From positions 3,782,001 through 3,846,000 of the forward strand of contig CM035362.1 of assembly GCA_020137815.1 (NCBI GenBank): a stretch of DNA of 64,000 nt, in the 5' to 3' direction. Positions 33,979-64,000 of the stretch are shown piece after piece. Under the pieces are notes generated by a model. The model did not search any database, was not told where the DNA came from, and was given only the letters and a program-made list of their open reading frames with translations. The DNA comes from Hormiphora californensis (Eukaryota > Animalia > Ctenophora). The translations under genes and the position numbers were made by a program. The stretch's first letter is position 1. Each line of letters begins with the position of its first letter.

Positions 33979-35307
33979 ATGGAAAGAGGTGTAATTCCGT
34001 ATCCTTTGAAATGGACTGTAGACGTTCAATCAGTTTTGGAGCAGTTTCAAAAAGGCAAAATTTCACTAGTTGCACTTTCAGACAATCTCAAAAGGATCGT
34101 ATGTGAATCTGAGCACCTCGATTTTCATGAATCATGTCTTGTTTTGCTCTTAGTGGCTTCATCTATGAATAGGACTCTTACAGAAACCATAAAATGGGTT
34201 GAAACTGAATCATCCGCGTTGTCTCGATACTTCCTGCCGGATCCCAGCGCCATGGGCGATAGGCAAACTCTAGCAAAGTTTTTCGATAGCTTGGCTTCTC
34301 AACAGTGCTCTTCTGAAAATGGATATTTCTACCAAGTTTGTACATTACTGGCCGATGTTGTGTCCGGACGTAAATGCGATTGTAGTAGTGCACTCCGCTG
34401 GCGATACGGAGAAACGGCTGATAAGTCATTATTGTTGATGCGATCTGCATCCAAACTGAACAAGAAGGGATATCAGAATTTGTGTTCTGTAATTCTGGTT
34501 AAGCTCCTGAAGTCTGAGATTCCATGTATCAAAACATGGGCAGTGTGGAATGGATACGTCTTGACGAGAAGCCTGGAAATGTTAAAACTAACTTCAGAAT
34601 GTTGTTCTCACGATGAAGGTTTCCCAGATACAATATCTTCTCCGTACCCAACCAAACTGGCTTGTTTACAACTCATGGCCGTGGAGCACTACAAATCCAA
34701 CAGTAGATCTCAGTGTGGAAGAACAGTTGATCAGTTACGTCAAGAACTTGGTCCCTCGTCATCACCAATTCACCAAGTGTATCTCTCCGACCTTGCCACT
34801 CTTACAAGGGATGTGTCGGGACAACATGATGTTGTGGAATCTCTTCGTGCTAGCGATTTAGAAGATATTTTATCTGAAGAGGAGTGTGATCCTAGGAAAG
34901 TCCTCGCTCTTGCTTGTGTGTTGGTAGCCAAGTGTTTTATGTATCTGGAACGGGAGGAGCTAGGCCACGCACATGACTACTGGTGTGAGGCTGGGGAAGA
35001 GATGAAAAAGTTGGGAGATGGCTTTGAGACTACTGCTGACAGTTGCTATCTTATTTTGTATCACCGGTTTTTGGGACAGTTTCACAGTTTAGAGGGGTAC
35101 TTTTTGTCGCTGACAGGCAATTATGAGAAGGCTGCGGTTGCTTATGCTCTGTCTTTTGGTGCCGATGAGTCTTTAGAACAATCTTGGTACAATCAGTTGG
35201 TTTTGTTTGCAAGAACTGGCCAAGTCGAGGTCGCTGAGCGGGTTTGGAGAGATGGAAAGAGGAGAGGCTTTAAGGGAGTTGATGAATTCATCTCACTTTT
35301 TCAATGA
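33979..35307 (+). CDS. Intronless ~442-aa alpha-helical/TPR-like protein of unknown function
   Basis: Long non-repetitive ORF; TPR-like C-terminal helices (EGYFLSLTGNYEKAAVAYALS; WYNQLVLFARTGQVEVAERVW); AATAAA at 35345. Confidence 0.75.
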   Translation: MERGVIPYPLKWTVDVQSVLEQFQKGKISLVALSDNLKRIVCESEHLDFHESCLVLLLVASSMNRTLTETIKWVETESSALSRYFLPDPSAMGDRQTLAKFFDSLASQQCSSENGYFYQVCTLLADVVSGRKCDCSSALRWRYGETADKSLLLMRSASKLNKKGYQNLCSVILVKLLKSEIPCIKTWAVWNGYVLTRSLEMLKLTSECCSHDEGFPDTISSPYPTKLACLQLMAVEHYKSNSRSQCGRTVDQLRQELGPSSSPIHQVYLSDLATLTRDVSGQHDVVESLRASDLEDILSEEECDPRKVLALACVLVAKCFMYLEREELGHAHDYWCEAGEEMKKLGDGFETTADSCYLILYHRFLGQFHSLEGYFLSLTGNYEKAAVAYALSFGADESLEQSWYNQLVLFARTGQVEVAERVWRDGKRRGFKGVDEFISLFQ

Positions 35308-35589
35308 CTTGTTTTTAATTTTTATATCGTTGATTTTGTAATAATAATAAAGATGACCATTCCTTCTTTCTCTATCTTGCTATCTGAAGCTGTCTTATTA
35401 GGTCATCACATTGTTTGTCCCTTTCTCTGTTTAGCTACATGATACATTCCCCCAACATTAACCCTGTCCCGTCATCCCGTGATTAGAAATTACCGTGAAT
35501 CGTAGTTGTTACAGTCACTTAAGGGCACACCCATCCCCTAAAACCATAATGATTTCCTCCAACAGTGATGATTTATCCCCCCCCCCTCC

Positions 35590-35890
35590 CAACCCAAGCC
35601 CCCTAAACCCATGTACATTGCCCGGCCCCCTGAACCCATGATGCCCCCTAAACCCATGATGCCCCCTAAACCCCGTGATGCCACCTAAACCCCGTGATTT
35701 CCCTAAACACAGGCTCCCTAAATCCATGATGTCCCCTGAATCCACGATTTATTCCCCTAAACCCCGTGATTTCCCCTAAACCCATGCCCTCTAAACCCAT
35801 GATTTATTCCCCTAAACCCCATGATTTCCCCTAAACCCCGTGATGCCTCCTGAACCCCGTGATGCCCCCTAAACCCGGTGATTTCCCCTA
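35590..35890. repeat. Degenerate ~18-bp CCCTAAACCCCRTGAT minisatellite
   Basis: Array runs up to the acceptor (35896-35897) in front of WAC exon 1. Confidence 0.8.
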
Positions 35891-35902
35891 ATTGTAGGAT
35901 GG

Positions 35903-37811
35903 ATGGGATGTAAAGAGGGTGATAGAGAGATGGAGCGTGGTAGCAGTAAGCACCATCACCAAGTGGAATATCATCTTTCTGAATGGAAGGAACATTTTAG
36001 TAAATCAGGTACATGGAAGGAACATTTTAGTAAATCAGGAATGGAAGGAACATTTTAGTAAATCAGGTATGGAAGGAACATTTTAGTAAATCAGGTATGG
36101 AAGGAACATTTTAGTAAATCAGGTATGGAAGGAGCATTTTAGTAAATCAGGTATGGAAGGAACATTTTAGTAAATCAGGTATGGAAGGAACATTTTAGTA
36201 AATCAGGAATGGAAGGAACATTTTAGTAAATCAGGTATGGAAGGAACATTTTAGTAAATCAGGTATGGAAGGAACATTTTAGTAAATCAGGAATGGAAGG
36301 AACATTTTAGTAAATCAGGAATGGAAGGAACATTTTAGTAAATCAGGTGTGGAAGGAACATTTTAGTAAATCAGGTATGGAAGGAACATTTTAGTAAATC
36401 AATTGTGCATCACAATTAGAATCTTGAGTTCTTTAACCACATTGGTTTCCATTCATGGAAGTTCTTGAGATGTGTTTTAATAACTTTCTTAAAATAGCCC
36501 TAGAAAAGAACCTTGCGGACAGTGGGATTGGAGAGTTTGTTACCTTTGTTAAAATAATCCTAGGCACCTAATTAGATTAATTTAAATTAAATCAATCTTC
36601 CTAACCAGGTAAGAAGTACTACTACAACTCCCGGACAGCTGAGTCAGTGTGGGAGATACCTGCTGCGTACTTGCCCAAGAAACACCGTCCCGATTCAGTG
36701 ACTAACAATAACAATCACCACCATCATCATCATTCTACTCCTACTGCAGGTTGGTTCATTTTATTGATATTTAGCAGGAACCGACCGAATCAGGAAATAC
36801 TGGTCCCTGATTGGCTGATAACCAGTCACGTGACCTAACTAACGAGTCCTGATTGGTTGTTTACTTGTGTCGGTCGGTTCCTGATATTTAGGGTTTTTTG
36901 GGTTCGTTTTCCAAATTCCAAAACCAACCATTATTCAGTATTCAGTGAGTTTTCTCTCCGTCTAAAAAACTACTGCCACCTAAAAAAACTATTCTTCAGA
37001 CAAGCGGTGCAAGACGGAGGGAATCTCAACACCGAAAACCAACGGACACACCTTACCCCGGACCTCGTCCTCCTCCTCCTCCTCGACCCCTCGGTCCTCA
37101 GCCACCACAGCCACCACAACACCCCGAATCTCCTCCTCCTCGTCCTCGACCCCTTCAGCAACGTCCCGCGGTGGCACCCCCACCACACTCGCCATCCACT
37201 CCCGAGGTGGATCAACACCTTCAACCACACCCACCCAGGGTGGCACGCCCCGTGGTCCAACACCCACTATGGGTGGTGATGTAACACCCAAAACAGCCCG
37301 GATATCATCATCCCTGAGTCGGAGGGTGAGTTTGAATCACCGCGGTGGTGATAGTGAAGTGTCAAATCACCATGAACATATTCCGTCACCTGTGATCTCC
37401 AAAGACGGAGGTAAATTATCATCGAACCACAACAGCAAGACCCCTAAAACACCATCGTCCCTTACAACACCCACATCGGGTGGCTCGAAACTAAGTCGCT
37501 TCCTTGCATCAACCCTGGAAGTGGAAGATACCGCGGTTTCAGAGGATCTCCAACGAAAAGAGTTTCTGGATCCAACCTGTATTAGCGTACTAACAAACCA
37601 GCCGGCTGAATTGCTGGAGCGGCAAAGCAATCAGTGCCACGCAGAGGCTCGACGTATTTTGGACGTTGATCTGTTGAGAACGGTTGCTGACTGTGCGAAC
37701 TTACGGGCGGTACAAAATGTCCAAAATTTAAGGGCACATAATATTGAACACCGTTTGGAAATGTTGCGTGCCCATATTCGGTGGTTGGAAGAGGGGAATG
37801 ATCTTACGTGA
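35903..37811 (+). CDS. WAC: WW domain-containing adaptor with coiled-coil (WAC homolog), ~352 aa
   Basis: Exons 35903-36008, 36609-36749 and 37000-37811 splice in frame. WW domain [29 protein letters not shown]/P-rich middle, C-terminal coiled coil PAELLERQ...NLRAV...HRLEMLRAHIRWLE like WAC. Confidence 0.85.
35982..36401 (+). repeat. 28-bp x15 minisatellite made of WAC exon 1 end plus splice donor
   Basis: Unit ATGGAAGGAACATTTTAGTAAATCAG/GT; the first unit is coding (WKEHFSKS). Confidence 0.95.
36775..36883. mobile_element. hAT-type MITE family A in WAC intron 2
   Basis: TSD ATATTTAG. Confidence 0.9.
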
Positions 37812-38218
37812 CGAGATGTAGAGATCTGTTGTATTGTGTGTGTGTATTTGGGTATATATATTCGTGTACTTCAGAGAGATCAGGTGACGTCAGGTGAAAA
37901 GAGTCATGATATGTGACGTCACGATGTGTGACGAGTCATGATATATATAATGTGTGGGATGTGTGCCTGCAATTCTCCCCCCTGAACTTATACCTGGTAA
38001 TATATGTATTGGGCCGTATATAATATACAGTCGGATCCCGACTTACCGGGATACTCGGGGGTAAGGATTCTGCCCGGTATATCGGGGTACCCGGTGTTCG
38101 GTATATATCGGGGTCCGAATGTATATTTACATGACGTCATCGCTGGTCAGATTGAAAGATTTCTAATAACAAAGTTTATCTTGTGTGTGTGTTTCCGTGA
38201 GTGTCAGATTCAGTGAGT

Positions 38219-38380
<162 letters not shown>

Positions 38381-38952
38381 ACGTTGTGAGAGTTGTTTGT
38401 TATTCCCCCATTCCTATGATATATCTGTATGTTTTGGTTGCTTTTTATTGCCAATACGTATATATTCTACTAGGCCTCCCCTTTCTCGAGAAGAGACTGC
38501 TGACACTGCAGAGCTTGAACCGACCGAATCAGGAAATACTGGTCCCTGATTGGCTGATAACCAGTCACGTGACCTAAATAACGAGTTCTGATTGGTTGTG
38601 TACTTGGTTCGGTCGGTTCCTGATGAAGCGCTTATAAACTGCAATTGGCAACTCAAATCTGAGATCAGGCGTTATTGTGTTGTTGAAGACAAAGTGAGTG
38701 AGAGAGAAAGAGTGAGAGAGAAAGAGGGCAAACGTTCTAAATGAATTTAATTGGAAAGAGATCAGTTGTTTTTCTAACGTGTCCCCAATCCCTGGTTAGG
38801 TTTTTACTGACTCCTATCTTTCTTTCTCTCCCTTTATCTATCTCTCCCATTGAATTAAACCTTTCTCTCCTGGGTTTGTTCCCTATCTTTCTCACTCTCC
38901 TTTTCTTCATTTCTCTCTCTCCCCCTCTCTTTCCCTATATCTCTCTTTCTTG

Positions 38953-39075
<123 letters not shown>

Positions 39076-39227
39076 TCTCCCTATCTCACTTATACTTGTG
39101 GTATTACGTCATTCTACAGCAGCATTAAATCATCGCACTGGTCTCTTTATAACACGCTCACTCACTCACATTTTCACTACGAAAACATTTGCTTTCTTTG
39201 TCAACTCCCGAATTGTTACACTTGTCC

Positions 39228-39336
39228 CAGGAACCGACCGAATCAGGAAATACTGGTCCCTGATTGGCTGATAACCAGTCACGTGACCTAAATAACGAGT
39301 TCTGATTGGTTGTTTACTTGTTTCGGTCGGTTCCTG
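39228..39336. mobile_element. hAT-type MITE family A upstream of eIF6
   Basis: TSD acttgtcc/acttatcc; another copy at ~38517-38622. Confidence 0.9.
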
Positions 39337-39502
39337 ACTTATCCCCTGATCTTTGAACCCATCGTCTTTCTAAACCATATATTATTGTCCCAAAATCATA
39401 ATCCCCTAATTTTACATTGACCGACTTTACCTTGATCTGGATTTGGCCGCTTTTTTCTGTAACACTCTGTATCTCCCCTAGCAACTAAAATACAAATATA
39501 TC

Positions 39503-42045
<2,543 letters not shown>

Positions 42046-42161
42046 TGAAAAATGGGTGTTTTTTAGCTTTTTTGAAGTTGTTTTTTTAAAACAATCTCCA
42101 ATCTTGTCTGTTAAGTTATTTAATGTGGGTCTGTGTGTGTGAGTGTGTTTGTGTGTGTGTT

Positions 42162-42995
42162 GGGGGGGGGGGGCCGGCTGAAGTTTTTGAAGTTTGAAGT
42201 TTTCCACCCTACTTTTTGAGTTTTTGAAGTTTTTGAAGTTGACTTCAAAAACTTCAAAAACTTCAAAAACTCTAAACTACTTTTATATGCTATCAGTGAC
42301 TATTATTACACTTGTTTAGGTTAGTTTCATGCTTAATACATATTGTGGCAAAGTTATCCGTCCTTGTCTGCCCTTTTTCTACCACAAATTAGGATATTTA
42401 CAATGATTCCTAGCCATGAAATCCATGGCACAATTTGGTGTAAAAAATTTAAATTTTTTGTAAAAACATATTTTATTTTCATTCTATAACTCAAAACATT
42501 GCCTAGAAAATGCTAAGAAAGTGTTTAAAAATTATGAAGTAAATTTTCGAAAATTTTTTTGGGGCCACACCCTTTTTGCCAGTTTCACAAAATGCAAATT
42601 TTTTATGAAGGGAGTTGTGAAAAAAATATGGACACCAAAATCATCAGCGGCCTCGAGTTAGTGGGGGTACGTGCCAAAATGAAGTCTCCACCTCATCTAA
42701 TTCGAGGGATAATGGGATATTTTCATAATTTTGTGTGTGTGCATGACTTTTTTTTGGGCTAGACCAGTTTTAATGGTTTATGAGTGACTATAGGATTTTT
42801 AAAGGGGTGTAACTTGTTCGGAATATGCAAGTTTATATAAGAGTTATGAAGCAACATAGGGCCTATCTCCAACGGTTTAGGAGATATGAGTTTTTGAAGT
42901 TTTTGAAGTTTTTGAAGTTTTCCACCCTAAGTTTCTCTTTGAAGTTTTTGAAGTTGACTTCAAAAACTTCAAAAACTTCAGCCGGCCCCCCCCCC
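42162..42995. mobile_element. ~830-bp TIR element with poly-G/poly-C ends
   Basis: G-run-CCGGCTGAAGTTTTTGAAG ... CTTCAAAAACTTCAGCCGG-C-run; TGTGTGTT on both sides; internal GAAGTTTTT repeats. Confidence 0.75.
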
Positions 42996-44033
42996 TGTGT
43001 GTTTGGAGGTGACAAAAAGTGACAAAATAAATACTTTCCTTTACACTCCCCCAAAGTTTTGATATTTCTTTTTATTTCCTGGTCCTACCACTATCTTGGG
43101 GCGGCAAAGGGTGGTTAGAGATTGGGTAGTCTTACTCGACCCTCTCTCACCAAGAACAAGGGTTTACTGAGTGTCGTGGATCGAACAATAGATCACAAAG
43201 CGTGGTTTAGCAAGGGGGACGACCTTTTTTCATTCCCATTTTCCCGGGAGTAGTGGAGAGAGAATGGCACACTCGCCGCCCCCAGCCAGTGCGCAGAGAC
43301 ACCACAACTCGTATAGATCGGCTCAAATTAATGCAAAGTGGGGTGGCCTCAGCAGTGTGGCGCGCCGCGCACCCCCTGATTAGTGACCGTGGGAAAAATC
43401 ACAGCTGGCTGGTTGGGCGACCATCCCCCAACCCTCGGTATTGGCGGTTCTCGGGCCGACAATCTCGATTCTCGGTCACCAAGATGTGACACATTTTAAT
43501 CAGGTAGTCAGACCAGTAAGGAAGATCTTTAAACCAAGGATCGAAACATAGAAAAAGTAAAACTAGTCATATTTTTTTTGCGTTAAACAATTTAAACACA
43601 AATAGAGTAGTAGCAGTCTATATACATAAACAACACATTCTCAAATGATTTCACCCAGCCTAGCCAGCTAGTGGTATATAGATTTCACGAGGGACTATAA
43701 CAACACCAACACAGGGATGGAGTTATAATCATGAATATATTGCTGGAAATTCCCTGGAAATTTTCACCACAATATCTTAAAGAGTGGAAATTGCTGGGTA
43801 AAACACAACCGGGCAGAAGAAATATTATCCCCCGTGAGTGAAAAAAAACGTTCACACACAATTGTGTGATATTGCGTGTGTGACATTGTTACCGTATATT
43901 TCGGTTACACAAATGGTTACCGATTGGTTACACGCTGTAAAGTAACCGTTTAGTAACAAATCACACACACATATATATTGGCATCTGATTGTGAAAAAAC
44001 ACCATGAATAGTGTGGGGGATAAACGTATGTTG

Positions 44034-44142
44034 CAGGAACCGACCGAAACAAGTAAACAACCAATCAGAACTCGTTATTTAGGTCACGTGACTGGTTATC
44101 AGCCAATCAGGGACCAGTATTTCCTGATTCGGTCGGTTCCTG
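44034..44142. mobile_element. hAT-type MITE family A
   Basis: TSD GTATGTTG. Confidence 0.9.
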
Positions 44143-44915
44143 GTATGTTGTGTGGTGTGTGATTGGTTTCTCTCTGTGTGAATATATCTTCATGATTAGG
44201 GGGGGGGGGGGGTCAGTTGGAGATTAATATTTTTGACATGATGGCATACTCCATTCGAGATACCATCATTTACATATTCAACTCTGCTTATTACAATATA
44301 TTGGGTAAACATTAAAAAGGAGGGGCTTTCTGCACTGGGATTTAAGATAAAAGAATCTTTGGAAGGGAAGTTTTGGTTATCAAACACAGAGAGAGAGAAA
44401 TAGTAACAACTTTGTGCTCGAAAGACCTCCCTCTCTTTTTATATAGTATATAAATCGTTCTCCCACTCAGACAAAGAGAGAGATATATCGATCGCTCGTT
44501 GAAAAAAAAACCTAGTAGATTCGACAGAATGAAACAGTATTTTGCCGACAAAACCTAGAAGGGGTCGTAGCTCGCAATAACACTTGAATTTGAATAAGAA
44601 ATCCATACACAAGAATATTATTAAATCTTGGCTTGGAGCAGTTGACGCTTATTAAGGCAATTAACTTCCCCATCCAATCTTTCCTATTACACATTTCACA
44701 TACCCCTCATCCTAAAAAGCCATTGGTTAACATATAAATCGATCACACCCATTATATAATGTACCAAGCTCTCACACATGCAATCTACACCGAAATGTTC
44801 AATTGTTGAAAAAATAAATAACGAAGGAAGATTCCTGTCATTTCTAAATCTTAACTTCAGCCCGACAGATCTTAACTTGAACGTAGGATAGTCACTAGCT
44901 AGTCAAGCACTGAAG

Positions 44916-45016
44916 CAGGAACCGACCGAAACAATTAAACAACCAATCAGAACTCGTTATTTAGGTCACGTGACTGGTTATCAGCCAATCAGGGACCCTG
45001 ATTCGGTCGGTCCCTG
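44916..45016. mobile_element. hAT-type MITE family A
   Basis: TSD CACTGAAG. Confidence 0.9.
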
Positions 45017-45948
45017 CACTGAAGGGGTCTGAAAACAAACAACTCACGAGCGATCGAACATAGTGTATTCATAATAGCACTATTACATAGTAATGTGGGG
45101 AGAGGGAGGACTGAAAAAAACGTAGATTTATAATATATATTGAAATTACACACCACCACACACAGCTAACATTGTAACTTGACATTCTTTGACGCTCTGT
45201 AACATTCTCGAGATCAAATCAAAAACAACGTAAAGGCCTCGACCAGATACCTCATACCTCTCTCTATCTTTCTAGTGAATCAGATGGTGAATAATATTCG
45301 AGAGAGAGAGAGGGGGGAGCTGGGAGCCGGTAATAGTGTAGAAGTAAAGCCACGAGAGAAACTTCTCTCTCTTCTCAGAAATCGGAGAGAGATTTGTGCC
45401 GTGGCTCGAAAGTGTTTGTGGAAAAAAAACACTTTGAATTCTCCTGCCCGGGTCTGTAAAGAGAGATATAGTTCTAGGTTTAAATATGTGTGTATAATTA
45501 GTAGATATATATATATTATTGGGGGGAAACATGTAAAAATCCCGCACGACCGAGATTTGGTTAGCTATTCCTCGATATTTCTCACACGTGCCTCCCGCGT
45601 GAGAAAGCTGATTTCTCACGCACACGTAATTACGTGAGAGGTACAATTTGCACGTGCAATGTGTGTCCGAGGTGCAGTAACAAAACTAATCGTGCGAGAT
45701 ACTGTATTTGAAAAAAAGACTCAACCAAACAGGACGTATAATATACTATTTAGTGCCCTTATATAGGAGTTAACTCGAGTTATTGAACTGCTACAATATA
45801 TGTCTACTATGAGAGTTCACGCATCCGCTGCTCCTTCATAAACATAACTGTCTCTCGGATCCTCGGGGAGAAAAAAATAGTGAAGTCAACCACCTGGCAC
45901 CCGGGGAGAGAGGGGGGTGGAACAGCGGAGGAACAAGATGTGGGAGAA

Positions 45949-63588
<17,640 letters not shown>

Positions 63589-63605
63589 TTAGATTGCATA
63601 ATATA

Positions 63606-64000
63606 CCTTACTCTCGTTAATTAAGCTCGCATATTTCAAGAAACTTTTAAATAAGGAACTTTTTTACAAGAAACCCCAAAATTTAGACACCCTAAAAATA
63701 AGAAACTCTCTCGTTTATTAAGAAACTGAAAAAATAAGAAACCAAAATTAAGAAACTAAAAAAATAAGAAACCAAAATTAAGAAACCCCAAAATTAAGAA
63801 ACCCCAAAATTAAGAAACCCCAAAAATAAGAAACCCCAAAATTAAGAAACCCCAAAATTAAGAAACCCCAAAATTAAGAAACCCCAAAAATAAGAAACCC
63901 CAAAAATAAGAAACCCCAAAATTAAGAAACCCCAAAATTAAGAAACCCCAAAATTAAGAAACCCCAAAAATAAGAAACCCCAAAAATAAGAAACCCCAAA
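63606..64000. mobile_element. Family C MITE with an expanded internal ~16-bp AAGAAACCCCAAAA(A/T)T array
   Basis: Left end matches 9836; the array from ~63720 runs off the window. Confidence 0.75.

Noticed and set aside
35982-36401. CRISPR-like 28-bp repeats
   Set aside because: Head-to-tail with no unique spacers, no cas genes, eukaryotic intron.
43322-43332. Minus-strand ATTAATTTGAG matching the SL 3' end
   Set aside because: Only 11 AT-rich nt; upstream bases do not match.

Overview
Eukaryotic, repeat-rich, intron-containing animal DNA, most likely a ctenophore (inferred from a sequence matching my recollection of the ctenophore spliced leader). It shows homopolymer-type consensus errors, worst at 1-1000 and about 23600-25800. 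Genes rebuilt from GT-AG exons: an SH2-domain gene (-, partial), an RI-like LRR gene with an RFX X-box (-), an intronless TPR-like ORF, WAC and eIF6 (all +), and PL10/DDX3 (-, 5' end beyond the window). The main finding is a four-level nest in one 8-kb PL10 intron. A Helentron-like element contains a near full-length L2-group LINE. The LINE's 5' end is a 42-nt spliced-leader exon joined at its terminal AG. That leader is itself split at its TTAA by a 1.39-kb Kolobok-like foldback element. A second theme is minisatellites made by tandem duplication of exon/intron boundaries (WAC, eIF6, PL10, LRR gene), which create arrays of decoy splice sites. Also present: about 17 copies of a hAT MITE carrying a CCAAT/E-box/CCAAT cassette, a MITE stack with a CRE-type retroposon remnant, and an orphan 15-mer found three times near gene ends.
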